Source of the DNA: Arcobacteraceae bacterium
GTDB taxonomy: Bacteria > Campylobacterota > Campylobacteria > Campylobacterales > Arcobacteraceae
Direction: 5' to 3'
Length of the DNA stretch: 64,000 bases
Assembly (NCBI GenBank): GCA_965224485.1
Contig: CBDCZH010000023.1
Coordinates: 1 to 64,000, forward strand
This document shows positions 8,341 to 18,791 of this stretch, piece by piece. The first letter of the stretch is position 1, and every line of letters begins with the position of its first letter. The position numbers were made by a program, and so were the translations under genes. The notes under the pieces were generated by a model. That model searched no databases. It had not been told where the DNA came from and saw nothing but the letters and a program-made list of their open reading frames with translations.

Positions 8341-9327
8341 TTAAAATAGAGAATTTTTATTACTTTGTTTTAATAAAATATCTTCAATTTCTAATAAATC
8401 AAAGCCTAAAATATACGCACAATTAAATTTTTTATTTTTTAATGTATTTTTTAATTCATCTAGCGATGAAATAAGATAGTGTTCTTCCTTAAAATCTTTT
8501 ATTTCTTTATTTGATATATAAATAGTTTTTGCATACTTGTAATTATCTTTTATGAAATAATATTCATTTAAAAACAAATCTTCATCTTTTTGTGCAAGTA
8601 AAAATTTATCACTTTTCCCATAATCTACAATATTAATAAACTTATCAATAAATAAAGGTCTTAAAATATCTAGTTTTTTTAGTTTTATAATATCTTGGTC
8701 TTTATTTAAAAAGTTAAAAACATCTAAAAAATTATTTACATATAAAGAAGCTATTTTAAGTCTAGAAAAGTATATATCTTCATAAGAAAAAGAACTTTCA
8801 AATAAAGAGTGTGTTATTAGATTAGCAACTTCATATCTTTTATTATTAAAATTATAATTATCAGGATAAATCATAGATAAAAGAGTTTTATTATTAGAAA
8901 ATAAAATATCATTATTATTAATATTTTCAATTACAGAAATTGAGTCTTCAAGATTATTTGATATGAATTTCATGTTTTTATTTAGGCTTTTACATGTATA
9001 TAAGAGTTCGTGGGTAAATTTATCACAATAATATGCTTTAAGCTCCAAAGAAGAAAGAGTAAATCTAACTAATTTAACTAAAGCAGTAAAACAAGAGTTT
9101 ACTTTTATCCAAGCAATTTCAAGATCTAAAATGATAGTTTCATAGTCATAAATAATTGCAAAAGCACCATTTTTTAGGGCTATTTTAATGCCTTCATCAC
9201 TTTTTGCAATAAAAATATCACCTTCGTTTACTTTGTTGGCATTGGTTTTAATTTTATATACAAAAGATATAGACGGAGAGTTTTTTAACTCACCATCTAT
9301 AATATCAATAATTGATGATATTTTCAA
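8341..9327 (-). CDS. Conserved hypothetical protein with MurE/MurF-like N-terminal segment
   Basis: IKTNANKVNEGDIFIA...ALKNGAFAII resembles the Mur ligase N-domain; no P-loop; directly downstream of metG. Confidence 0.6.
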   Translation of the reverse strand: MKISSIIDIIDGELKNSPSISFVYKIKTNANKVNEGDIFIAKSDEGIKIALKNGAFAIIYDYETIILDLEIAWIKVNSCFTALVKLVRFTLSSLELKAYYCDKFTHELLYTCKSLNKNMKFISNNLEDSISVIENINNNDILFSNNKTLLSMIYPDNYNFNNKRYEVANLITHSLFESSFSYEDIYFSRLKIASLYVNNFLDVFNFLNKDQDIIKLKKLDILRPLFIDKFINIVDYGKSDKFLLAQKDEDLFLNEYYFIKDNYKYAKTIYISNKEIKDFKEEHYLISSLDELKNTLKNKKFNCAYILGFDLLEIEDILLKQSNKNSLF

Positions 9328-9336
9328 AATAAGCTC

Positions 9337-11292
9337 TTATGATATTTTTGTTCCCGCAGTTTTACTTTTTTCAGGTCTAATTAAACATAAACCATTTTCA
9401 TCTCTTGCAGCTAACAGCATTCCTTCACTTAACATTCCCATTAATTTAGCAGGTTTTAAATTACTAACTACACAAGCTTGAGTACCAATAAGTTCACTAG
9501 CACTGTAGTATTCTTTTATTCCTGCTAAAATTTGTCTATTTTTATCTTCACCTACATCAACTTGTAGTTTTAGTAGTTTTTTTGATTTTGGTACTTCAAT
9601 TGCTTCTACTATTGTTCCTATTTTTAAAGAAGTTTCAAAAAATTTATCTATAGTAATTATATTTGCATCTTCTTCACTTGCCTCTTTATTTTTTACATCT
9701 TTATTTTTAAGTTCACTTGCATTTTTACTTGAATCAATACTAGGAGCTTGTTCTAGTAAGAGTTCTTCAATTCTAGGAAATAGTGCATCTATTTTAGTAA
9801 TAATAGTATCATGTATTAACTCTTTATTTTTAAAGAACTTAATATATGTTTCATTAGTAATTTCAACTCCTAAAGAAGAAGCGATTTTTTGAGTTTTTTC
9901 AGGCATAACTGAGTTTAAAAGTATAATAACTCTAGTTAAAATATTTGCTATTAAAGCAACAAGTGCCATAGCTTCATCTTCTTTTCCATTTTTCATTTTA
10001 GCCCATGGTTCATAGTCACCTATTGCTTTATTTGCTATTGTTAAAACTTTCCACAAGTCTTCTAAATATCTATTTAATTGCATTTTTGAAATATATTCTT
10101 CAATATTTTCTAAAATAGCTTCAACTTCATTTAGCTCTTTTTGATGATATTTTTTCACATCAACAGAAGAAACTTTAAACTCAAAGTATTTTCCACTCAT
10201 TCCAATAATTCTATTAAGTAAATTACCTAAGTCATTACCTAAATCAGAGTTAACTCTATCCATTAATGCTTTTTGTGAAAAATCCCCATCTTGTCCAAAA
10301 GGCACTTCTCTTAACATAAAGTATCTAAACGCATCTAAGCCATAAGCATCTGATATTTCTTTAGGGTTTACAACATTACCTTTTGACTTAGACATTTTTT
10401 CACCATCTCTAGTCCACCAACCATGAGCAGCAATATGCGAAGGCAGAGGAAGGTCTAAAGACATTAAAAAAGCTGGCCAATAAATTGCATGAAATCGTAG
10501 AATGTCTTTTCCAACTAAATGAGTACTAGCTGGCCAAAAGTCCATATTCTTTTCATCATTACCATAACCTAAAGCAGTAATATAATTCATTAAAGCGTCT
10601 AACCATACATACATTACATGCTTATCTTCATTTAAAGAAGCAGGAAGTTTAATTCCCCAATCAAAAGATGTTCTTGAAATTGACAAATCTCTTAAACCAC
10701 CTTTTACAAAATTAATAATTTCATTCTTTTTAGCACGTGGTAAAATACAATCTTCATTTTCTTCATACCATTTAAGAAGTCTATCTTCATAAGCTGATAG
10801 TTTAAAAAAGTAACTTTCTTCTTTTACAATAGTTGTAGTTTTCCCACAATCAGGACAAAACTCTTGTTCTATTAACTGTTTTTCTGTAAAAAAACTTTCA
10901 CAAGATACACAGTAAAATCCTTCATACTCACCTTTATAAATATCACCTTTATCGAACATACTTAAAAATGCTTTCTGAACACCTTTTTTATGCTCTTCAT
11001 CTGTTGTTCTAATAAACTTATCATATGTTATATCAAAATCATTCCATAATTGTTTAAATTTATCAGATACTTCTGTTGCATATTCCATTGGCGTTTTATT
11101 TCTAACTTCAGCACTTTGCGCTATTTTTTGACCATGCTCATCAGTTCCTGTTAAAAAATATGTTTTATTTCCACTTAATCGTGAGTGTCGTGCAAGCATA
11201 TCTGCAATTATTGTAGTATACGCATGTCCAATATGAGCTATATCATTTACATAATAAATAGGTGTTGTTATATATACATTTTTATTAATCAT
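9337..11292 (-). CDS. metG: Methionine--tRNA ligase
   Basis: YITTPIYY, HIGH, KMSKS, CxxC...CxxC knuckle, C-terminal tRNA-binding domain. Confidence 0.98.
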   Translation of the reverse strand: MINKNVYITTPIYYVNDIAHIGHAYTTIIADMLARHSRLSGNKTYFLTGTDEHGQKIAQSAEVRNKTPMEYATEVSDKFKQLWNDFDITYDKFIRTTDEEHKKGVQKAFLSMFDKGDIYKGEYEGFYCVSCESFFTEKQLIEQEFCPDCGKTTTIVKEESYFFKLSAYEDRLLKWYEENEDCILPRAKKNEIINFVKGGLRDLSISRTSFDWGIKLPASLNEDKHVMYVWLDALMNYITALGYGNDEKNMDFWPASTHLVGKDILRFHAIYWPAFLMSLDLPLPSHIAAHGWWTRDGEKMSKSKGNVVNPKEISDAYGLDAFRYFMLREVPFGQDGDFSQKALMDRVNSDLGNDLGNLLNRIIGMSGKYFEFKVSSVDVKKYHQKELNEVEAILENIEEYISKMQLNRYLEDLWKVLTIANKAIGDYEPWAKMKNGKEDEAMALVALIANILTRVIILLNSVMPEKTQKIASSLGVEITNETYIKFFKNKELIHDTIITKIDALFPRIEELLLEQAPSIDSSKNASELKNKDVKNKEASEEDANIITIDKFFETSLKIGTIVEAIEVPKSKKLLKLQVDVGEDKNRQILAGIKEYYSASELIGTQACVVSNLKPAKLMGMLSEGMLLAARDENGLCLIRPEKSKTAGTKIS

Positions 11293-11314
11293 TCTTTACC
11301 TTATCTTTCTTTTA

Positions 11315-11509
11315 TTAAAATTCAAATCCACCAGTTGAACCCTTACTCATAGATGCATAAACTGAGTCTATATATTTTTTTCTTAGTTCACAAGAAAAGA
11401 ACTTGTCACAAGGTGTACATGATTTTAAATCATTAGTTTCTTGACATTTTTTTAATTCATTTAAAACTATTTCAAGTTTTTCTTGCCATTCATCTAGTTC
11501 TTTATGCAT
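11315..11509 (-). CDS. Small Cys-rich conserved hypothetical protein
   Basis: C-x7-CxxC-x5-C pattern, GGFEF end; overlaps fbp stop. Confidence 0.75.
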   Translation of the reverse strand: MHKELDEWQEKLEIVLNELKKCQETNDLKSCTPCDKFFSCELRKKYIDSVYASMSKGSTGGFEF

Positions 11510-12344
11510 GTTCTTTATAAACTTCTAGAACTCTATTAATTTCATGATTTGATCCAAAGAAACAAGGAGAGGTATCATGAATATGAGTAGTTTCCACATC
11601 TAATACTCTTTTATGTCCGTCAATAGCCCCACCACCAGCTTTTTCATATGTTAAAGCAAAAGGAAAAACTTCAAATAATTGTCTTAGTTTTCCTTTTGGT
11701 CTATCACTTGTTCCAGGGTAAGAAAATAATCCTCCACCTTTAATAAGAATTTGATGCAAATCAGGAACCATTCCTCCTGAATATCTTAATCTATAACCAT
11801 CATTGAAAATATCATCAACCATTTTTTTGTGATGTGCTGTCCAACAATTTTGAGTAGAACCAGGAGCTTTTAAATTACCTTTTTCTTTTAATCTAATTTC
11901 TTGAATAAATTCAAAGTTTCCATGAATTAATCTATATAATTTAACATCAGATGTAGTAATAACTAACTCAACTCTTGGTCCAAAAACTACATAAACACTA
12001 GCTACAAGGTTCTTTCCTGTAAAAGCATTTTCATATATTCCAAAAATTGACCCTACTGATAAATTTACATCAACTAGTGATGAACCATCCAAAGGATCAT
12101 ATGCAATTAAGTATTTACCATCTTCATTTAAGTGTTTTATTTCTTCTTGCTCTTCACTTACAATAGATTTAATACATGATACATCAGCAAAAATTCGCTC
12201 AATTATTAAATCACTTGCAATATCTAGCTTTAACTGAGTATCACCAGTTGAATTTTCTTGTTCACTTTTTGCAGTATCTCCTACTTCAATTAATTCTTTT
12301 ATTTCAATAGCAGTTTTTTTAATTGCTTCAAATATTTCATTCAT
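11502..12344 (-). CDS. fbp: Class 1 fructose-1,6-bisphosphatase
   Basis: [28 protein letters not shown]. Confidence 0.96.
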   Translation of the reverse strand: MNEIFEAIKKTAIEIKELIEVGDTAKSEQENSTGDTQLKLDIASDLIIERIFADVSCIKSIVSEEQEEIKHLNEDGKYLIAYDPLDGSSLVDVNLSVGSIFGIYENAFTGKNLVASVYVVFGPRVELVITTSDVKLYRLIHGNFEFIQEIRLKEKGNLKAPGSTQNCWTAHHKKMVDDIFNDGYRLRYSGGMVPDLHQILIKGGGLFSYPGTSDRPKGKLRQLFEVFPFALTYEKAGGGAIDGHKRVLDVETTHIHDTSPCFFGSNHEINRVLEVYKEHA

Positions 12345-12346
12345 TA

Positions 12347-12844
12347 TTATACTCTTTTTGCATTTTTATTTATCCACAAAATTATTTCTTCTGGATTGTT
12401 TAAATCTAACCTTATCATGTGTGAAGGGAAAGAATCTATACTATTATCACTTGCTATTGCATCAGTTACTTCAAAATAAGCCTCATCAACTCTATTTCTA
12501 AATACTGCAACTCTTGGTAAATCTAAGGTTTTTAAACCCTCAACCAATAAATAATCAAAATCACCAAACATTGAAATAATTTCTTCAATACTTGAGCTTT
12601 CTTGTTTGAATAAAGTTGTTCTATTTGGGCTTACAACAGCAACGTCGGCACCTGTTTGGGAGAACTTATCACTATCTTTTCCTGCTCTATCAAACCTTGC
12701 TTTATCTTTAGGGTCATGTTTTACAATACATACCTTAAAACCACTATCTTGAAGTATATTTGAAATCTTTACTATCAAAGTAGTTTTACCACTATTTGAA
12801 GGCCCCGTAAAAGCAACTACTAATTTTTTTCTTTTTGTATTCAT
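12347..12844 (-). CDS. mobB: Molybdopterin-guanine dinucleotide biosynthesis protein B
   Basis: [11 protein letters not shown]-loop, VKHD, GKDS, LVEGLK. Confidence 0.93.
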   Translation of the reverse strand: MNTKRKKLVVAFTGPSNSGKTTLIVKISNILQDSGFKVCIVKHDPKDKARFDRAGKDSDKFSQTGADVAVVSPNRTTLFKQESSSIEEIISMFGDFDYLLVEGLKTLDLPRVAVFRNRVDEAYFEVTDAIASDNSIDSFPSHMIRLDLNNPEEIILWINKNAKRV

Positions 12845-12924
12845 ATAGCGATTTTATCTAAATGATTGTTAAAGTATCTTTAGTGTAAAATACCGCCACA
12901 ATAGATTATATAGGAAAGAATTTA

Positions 12925-13386
12925 ATGAAAAAACCATTTAGATATATTACACCTTTATTTTTACTATTTTTAAGTGGATGTCAAACTTATTCTGCTGTAA
13001 GTAATTTTAATAATAATGAAATATATGCAAAAGCACTACATAGTACAAAAAAAATAGACATTATTGAAGATAATAAAATAAAACTTATGTTTACAGTAAC
13101 ATATTTAAATGAAGTTTATATGCAAGAAGATAAAAGTTTTATACTTAGTCTTTTTGAAGTTGATTCAACAAAACCTATAAATAAAAACTTAATAGAAGCT
13201 AGTTTAAATAATAAAAATTTACTTTCAATAAGCAAATTAGAAAAAGATCATAAAATGTATAATAATTTAGTTTATAAAAATCCTTGGGCAAAATCTTTTA
13301 TTATACGTTTTAAAAATAATAAAGAAAAGAAACAAGAGTTAAAATTAAAATATAAAGATTCTAAATCAGCTTTATTTACTTTTTAG
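12925..13386 (+). CDS. Putative lipoprotein
   Basis: Lipobox LSGC after a hydrophobic stretch; AGGA RBS. Confidence 0.75.
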   Translation: MKKPFRYITPLFLLFLSGCQTYSAVSNFNNNEIYAKALHSTKKIDIIEDNKIKLMFTVTYLNEVYMQEDKSFILSLFEVDSTKPINKNLIEASLNNKNLLSISKLEKDHKMYNNLVYKNPWAKSFIIRFKNNKEKKQELKLKYKDSKSALFTF

Positions 13387-14838
13387 AACCTTTGATTTTT
13401 TAGTTTTTTGACCTTCTTTTATTAATTCCTGTATTTTAATTTCTTTCTTTAAAAGAAGCTTATTATACATAATGTAGTTTACTAAAACCTTCTTCATAGA
13501 CTCTTTTATATAAGGGGTTTTATAAAGCTCAATTTGTAAGAAAAAAGAAGATTTAAGTGCAAAAAACTCTTCTTCCTTTATACTTTGAAAATATGAGAAA
13601 AGGCTAAACAAGAGGTTTTGTACCTTGTCTTCATCTAAAGACTTTAAATAATCATCTAAATATTTAAGAGAATTTTTTACGCTAAATATAATAGAGAAGT
13701 TAATATCTTCATTAACTAAGATACTATTCTCTGCATAGATTTTATCAAAATCTTCCATCTTAATTTGAGCTAAACCTAGTTTATATTCATTTTTAATTAG
13801 ATTTTTATCAAAATTACTAAGCTCTTTTATTAGAGATAAAAAGATAACTTGCTTGTTTAAAGAATATTTTTTTAGATCTTTATGTAATTCTTTATCTATG
13901 TCTGCATTTAAGGGAGTTAAATATGTTTTTTTAAACTCTTTATCTCTTTTTCTATCTAATAATTCATAAGAAAATAAAGTATATATGTCATTTAGCTTAT
14001 TTTTTATAATATCTTCTAAAAATAACTTATCTTTTTTGATAAAATATTTGAAATATAATATTTTATTCTTATTTATAGATGATAAATTATTAGAGTATAA
14101 CGAAGATAACGAGGTAAATGCCTCATCTTTTTTATTATGTTGTAATAAATTAAGACTTAGATAAAAAGATGTATCAAAGCTATAATCTTCATTTTTAAGG
14201 GTGAAAAATGATTTTTGTGCTAAAAACATTTTTTTCATACTTATAATTTTTTGTAATAAAGAAGAGAAACGTGGATCATTTTTAATTTTATTAAGTATTC
14301 TTGTAGGAATTCTATAATTTAGTTTGTTTATTAAAAATTCATCACTAACACCTAAATAAACTTTATAAAAAACATCAATATTAGAAGACATTAATCTTGA
14401 AAAAGGAAGAGGGGAGTTAATTATTTTCAAAACACTAGTAAACTTTTTATATTTTTTCTTAGTTTTTAAAATAATTAGATCTAAGTTGAATAGACTTAAA
14501 GTACTTGCTTTTTTTATACTTAAACCAGCAATAATACAATCATCATAAGAATTAATTAAAAAACTAATATTACTTTGCATACATTGTGAAACTGCTGATG
14601 TCTCATCATGTTTTAAAGCTTTAGCATAGGCAAAAAAGAGTTTATTTCTAACTTCTTTTGCCATACCTAAGGCTTTTATTACTTCTTCTTCTTTTATATC
14701 TTTTTGTTTTAAAAATTCCAAAATATAAAAATCTTTTTTTATACTTCTTGTTTCTTTACTTAAAGATAATAAATTTATTTCGTTAGAATTTAAAAAAATA
14801 CTTAGTAAAAAAAGATTAATTAGTAGTTTTAAAAACAT
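13372..14838 (-). CDS. Soluble lytic transglycosylase (Slt)-like protein, catalytic residues degenerate
   Basis: Signal peptide, KDFYI N-domain motif; IKELSNF...LGLAQI, SYFQS and KKVLVNY align with the SLT motifs ES, GLMQ, AYNAG and VxxNY; occupies the gltX-yggT-slt position. Confidence 0.75.
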   Translation of the reverse strand: MFLKLLINLFLLSIFLNSNEINLLSLSKETRSIKKDFYILEFLKQKDIKEEEVIKALGMAKEVRNKLFFAYAKALKHDETSAVSQCMQSNISFLINSYDDCIIAGLSIKKASTLSLFNLDLIILKTKKKYKKFTSVLKIINSPLPFSRLMSSNIDVFYKVYLGVSDEFLINKLNYRIPTRILNKIKNDPRFSSLLQKIISMKKMFLAQKSFFTLKNEDYSFDTSFYLSLNLLQHNKKDEAFTSLSSLYSNNLSSINKNKILYFKYFIKKDKLFLEDIIKNKLNDIYTLFSYELLDRKRDKEFKKTYLTPLNADIDKELHKDLKKYSLNKQVIFLSLIKELSNFDKNLIKNEYKLGLAQIKMEDFDKIYAENSILVNEDINFSIIFSVKNSLKYLDDYLKSLDEDKVQNLLFSLFSYFQSIKEEEFFALKSSFFLQIELYKTPYIKESMKKVLVNYIMYNKLLLKKEIKIQELIKEGQKTKKSKVLKSK

Positions 14839-14845
14839 TATTTAT

Positions 14846-15124
14846 CTACATTCCAATAAATAATCTACTCAAAAATGTTTCAAGAAAGATTAGTGCAAAA
14901 ATTATAATAAGTGGAGCTAAATCCATTCCACCAAAAGTAGTTGGAATGTATTTTCTTACAAGTAAATAAGCAGGTTGTGTTAATCTATCTAACATTTGAA
15001 CTATAGGATTATAAGGATCTGGTTTAACCCAAGATAATAAAGATGATATAATTATCACCCATTTATATAAAGATATTACAGCTAGAACTATCGTAAAAAT
15101 TGAACCTAATAGTGCATTTGTCAT
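14846..15124 (-). CDS. yggT: YggT family membrane protein
   Basis: [23 protein letters not shown]. Confidence 0.92.
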   Translation of the reverse strand: MTNALLGSIFTIVLAVISLYKWVIIISSLLSWVKPDPYNPIVQMLDRLTQPAYLLVRKYIPTTFGGMDLAPLIIIFALIFLETFLSRLFIGM

Positions 15125-16422
15125 TTTATAATTTCTCCTAAATAGTTTTTAATAAATGGATAGATTTTTTCTAAATTTGGTCCATTTTCATTTTGTGTTA
15201 AGATATATCTTAAATTTTTATCTAATGTTTTTCCACTTAAAGATGTACTTTTTGTAATAAAATCTTTAAAATCTTGGAAATATGCAATAAAATCAGCTTC
15301 TTTTAAACAAGTAAATAATACTTTAAACTCTTTTTCTTGGCCCTTAAAAGCAGACTTACAAGCAAAAATAGAATCTATTTTTACTTTGATTTCAGTAAGA
15401 GTACAACACTCTTCTAAATAAACTTTTGCAAGTTTTCCAATATCAGTATCAGCAAAACCTAAAAGTTTTGAAAGTCTTAGTTCATCTAAGTCTTGAAGAT
15501 GTTTTTTATTAATAAGTCTTAATTCTTCAATATCAAACTTAACAGCACTTTTTGAAATATTTTCAAGTTTAAACCAAGAAATTGCTTCTTCTAGGGTGAA
15601 AATTTCTTCAGGAGTATTATTTCCTAGAGAAACTAAATAATTAGCAAGAGAAGAAGGTAAAAATCCTTCTTTGATTAAATATTTAACAGAATTTATTCTA
15701 TCTTCTTTAGCCATTTTGTTGTTTGTTTTAGCATTAATAAGAGCAGGTAAATGAACATAATTTACTTTTTTCTCATAAGATAAACAATCTCTTAAATGTA
15801 TTTGATTAGCTGTATTGTTTAAATAATCTTCATCTCTAATTACAGTTGAAATATCATATATCATATCATCCATAGCACAGGCATAGTCATATGTAGGTGT
15901 TTTATCTCTTTTTAAAAGTATAATAGAATCTAAATCTGAAGCTTTTATATCAAAAGAGCCTTTTATTAAATCTGTAAATTGTATGCTCTTTTGAGGTTTT
16001 CTAATTCTTATGCTAAAAGGCGCATTACAAGTAAAAGCAGCTTCTTGGGATAATGTTCCACAAAAACCATCGTAAATATATGGTTTATTTTCTTTTTTTG
16101 CTAAATCTTTTAATTCATCTAACTTTTCATCAGAGCAAAAACAAGAAAATGCTTTTTTATCCATCAAAAGTTTCATCGCAATTTTTTGGTGGTATTTTAA
16201 GTTCTCACTTTGATAAACTACACTTGTATAATCAATTGAAAATAAAGATAAAAGTTCTAATATCTCTTTATCTTTATTTTGTATATTTTTTTCTTTATTT
16301 ATATCTTCTATTCTTATTAGTAAATCTTCATTTAACTGTTTTGAAACAATATAGTTAAATATGGCAAGTCTTAAACTCCCAATAGAGACATCAGAAGTAG
16401 GGCTTGGAGCAAATCTTAACAA
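15121..16422 (-). CDS. gltX: Glutamate--tRNA ligase paralogue (GluRS2 type), catalytic motifs degenerate
   Basis: RFAPSPT, LIRIED, YQSE, CFCS...YDGFC retained; HIGH-equivalent reads SIGS and KMSKS-equivalent reads KMAKE; TTG start. Confidence 0.85.
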   Translation of the reverse strand: MLRFAPSPTSDVSIGSLRLAIFNYIVSKQLNEDLLIRIEDINKEKNIQNKDKEILELLSLFSIDYTSVVYQSENLKYHQKIAMKLLMDKKAFSCFCSDEKLDELKDLAKKENKPYIYDGFCGTLSQEAAFTCNAPFSIRIRKPQKSIQFTDLIKGSFDIKASDLDSIILLKRDKTPTYDYACAMDDMIYDISTVIRDEDYLNNTANQIHLRDCLSYEKKVNYVHLPALINAKTNNKMAKEDRINSVKYLIKEGFLPSSLANYLVSLGNNTPEEIFTLEEAISWFKLENISKSAVKFDIEELRLINKKHLQDLDELRLSKLLGFADTDIGKLAKVYLEECCTLTEIKVKIDSIFACKSAFKGQEKEFKVLFTCLKEADFIAYFQDFKDFITKSTSLSGKTLDKNLRYILTQNENGPNLEKIYPFIKNYLGEIIK

Positions 16423-16423
16423 A

Positions 16424-17707
16424 TTAGTTCCTTACTATTGAAAATGATAATTTTTTAATCTCATTATGAGCTTTTATATATTCATTTAAATCATTTAAGT
16501 CTAAATTTTCAATATTTTCTAGTTCTTTTTTAGAATAGTCTTGATCTAAAGCTCTATAAAAATATGTAAAACTTCTATTTAATCTTTGAGATAAAGTTTC
16601 AACTCTTAAAGGCTCAGAACCAGTTAAAAAGTTTTTAGCTGCATCTAACTCTTCTTGTGTAACACCTGTTTTTACAAAAGTGGAAACAATTTCTTTTACT
16701 AAAGTTTGTGCTTCTTTAGCTGTCTCATTTTTTGTTTGTAAGTATCCTGTAAAATATGAATAACTTTTATTTACTGAAATATAACCATAAGCACTATAAG
16801 CAAGTCCTCTTTTTACTCTAATTTCTTCCATTAACCTTGATCCAAAACCAGAACCACCTAAGATAAAAGAAGCTACTTTTGCTTTATATGTATTTTCATC
16901 TTTTACACTAATATTAAAAGGACTAGCAAAATAGATATATGCTTGTTCCGTTTTTTTAATTAGGATTTTTTCTTCACTTTGTGAACTTGCTGTAAATTTA
17001 TCTAATTTAGATTTTTCACCAATTTTAATAGTTTCTAATAAAGGTTTTATTAACTTTTTCAAATTTTTTAAGTTAATATCTCCTCCACTTACAATAATCA
17101 AATTATTTAATACTATTTTTTTAGAAATAAAATTTTTGATATTTTCTAGTTTTATAGAAGAAATACTTTTAATTGTCCCACTAGAAGGGTTTTCTAAAGG
17201 TGTTCCTTTAAATACTAATGAATTTAATTGAACTTTTGCTAAATAATCAAAATCATTTTCTTTTCTTTTTAAAGAACCAATATGTAGTGTTTTTAATTTT
17301 TCTAAGGTATTTTTAGAATAATTAGGTGAGTTTAAAAGCTCTTTTAAATATAAAACTCCATCTTCTTTAACATCTATTAAACTAGAAAGTTCAATTACAA
17401 AAGTTTCTAAACCACTTGAAGCATGTAAAGAAATAGCTTTTTCTTCTAGTTTTTGTGCAAATTTTACACTTCCTAGCTCTTTTGTACCCTCATTTAATAG
17501 TTTTGCACTTAAATTAACTAAACCATTTAAACCTTTATCTTGTATATAACCAGAATTTTTAAAAACTAATTGTAAATTAAAAGTTGGTAGAGATTTTTGT
17601 TCTTCAAAAATAACTGGGATTTTTATACCATTTATTTCAATATGCTTTATTTGCGCACTCATTAATATTCCTTGTAAAAAAAATAAAAAAAATAGAATCT
17701 TTTTCAT
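16424..17707 (-). CDS. M16 (insulinase) family peptidase, non-catalytic-type subunit
   Basis: [22 protein letters not shown]; no HxxEH; signal peptide. Confidence 0.88.
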   Translation of the reverse strand: MKKILFFLFFLQGILMSAQIKHIEINGIKIPVIFEEQKSLPTFNLQLVFKNSGYIQDKGLNGLVNLSAKLLNEGTKELGSVKFAQKLEEKAISLHASSGLETFVIELSSLIDVKEDGVLYLKELLNSPNYSKNTLEKLKTLHIGSLKRKENDFDYLAKVQLNSLVFKGTPLENPSSGTIKSISSIKLENIKNFISKKIVLNNLIIVSGGDINLKNLKKLIKPLLETIKIGEKSKLDKFTASSQSEEKILIKKTEQAYIYFASPFNISVKDENTYKAKVASFILGGSGFGSRLMEEIRVKRGLAYSAYGYISVNKSYSYFTGYLQTKNETAKEAQTLVKEIVSTFVKTGVTQEELDAAKNFLTGSEPLRVETLSQRLNRSFTYFYRALDQDYSKKELENIENLDLNDLNEYIKAHNEIKKLSFSIVRN

Positions 17708-17710
17708 TTG

Positions 17711-18790
17711 TTAAAAAAACCGCTCTAAGGTTTCATATGCTGTATTTCTTTTGGCAGGATTTTCACCTATATCTCTAATAAGTTCAATCATTTCATCTTG
17801 CTGCATACAGTTATGTGCACCAGCAGCTGCGACTACATTTTCTTCCATCATTGTACTACCAAGATCATTTGCTCCAAACTTAAGAGCCATTTGTCCTATA
17901 TAAGATCCTTGCGTAACCCAAGAACTTTGAATATTTCTAACATTATCTAAGTACAATCTAGCTACTGCTAAAAGACGTAAATATCTATTTGAAGATTGAA
18001 CTTGAATATCTGGAAGTTCTTCTCCTAGTTTAGTATTGCTACTTTGATAAGACCACATAATAAAAGCTCTAAAACCACCTGTTTTATCTTGTAGTTTTCT
18101 TACCATATCAAAATGCTCTATAATATCTTCATCACTTTCAACTGTTCCAAACATCATAGTAGCCGTTGTTTTCATACCAATTGAGTGTGCTAATTCATGA
18201 ACTTCTATCCACTTATTAGCATTCATTTTTTTAGGAGCAATTACATCTCTTACTTCATCACTTAATATCTCAGCCCCAGCTCCTGGAATAGAACTTAAAC
18301 CTTTTTTTTGTAATCTTTTAAGAACTTCTAAAATAGTAATTTTAGAAACTTTTGCAATATAAACTATTTCTATAGCAGAAAAAGAGTGAAGGGTGATTTG
18401 AGGATACTTTTCGTGGATATGTCCAACTAAATCTTCATAAAAATCAATTTTAAGCTTTGGATGAACTCCACCTTGCATTAAAATTTGAGTTCCACCTATT
18501 TTTAGTAGTTCTTCAATTTTTTCATCAATTTGCTCATGTGTTAGTATATAAGCATCTGCATCTTTGGAATGTCTGTAAAAAGCACAAAACTTACAATCAA
18601 CCCAACAAACATTTGTATAATTAATATTTCTATCAACTACAAATGTTGTTATTTTTTGAGGGTGAAGTTCTTCTTTTTTTAAACTTGATAATAAACCAAG
18701 TTCCAATAAAGAAGCATTTTGTATTAAATCAAGTGCTTCTTCTTTATTAATTCTTTTCTTAGTGTTTAAAGTAATCATTTTTTTAGTCAT
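17711..18790 (-). CDS. mqnC: Dehypoxanthine futalosine cyclase (radical SAM)
   Basis: RNINYTNVCWVDCKFCAF, PGAGAEIL, GANDLGSTMMEENVV. Confidence 0.92.
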   Translation of the reverse strand: MTKKMITLNTKKRINKEEALDLIQNASLLELGLLSSLKKEELHPQKITTFVVDRNINYTNVCWVDCKFCAFYRHSKDADAYILTHEQIDEKIEELLKIGGTQILMQGGVHPKLKIDFYEDLVGHIHEKYPQITLHSFSAIEIVYIAKVSKITILEVLKRLQKKGLSSIPGAGAEILSDEVRDVIAPKKMNANKWIEVHELAHSIGMKTTATMMFGTVESDEDIIEHFDMVRKLQDKTGGFRAFIMWSYQSSNTKLGEELPDIQVQSSNRYLRLLAVARLYLDNVRNIQSSWVTQGSYIGQMALKFGANDLGSTMMEENVVAAAGAHNCMQQDEMIELIRDIGENPAKRNTAYETLERFF

Positions 18791-18791
18791 T

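Noticed and set aside
13372..16422. Calling gltX* and slt* pseudogenes
   Set aside because: Both frames are uninterrupted and near full length with tight operon junctions; reported as degenerate CDSs instead
16424..17707. M16 peptidase lacking HxxEH as a novel dead enzyme or pseudogene
   Set aside because: Non-catalytic subunits with the R-Y motif are normal in heterodimeric M16B peptidases
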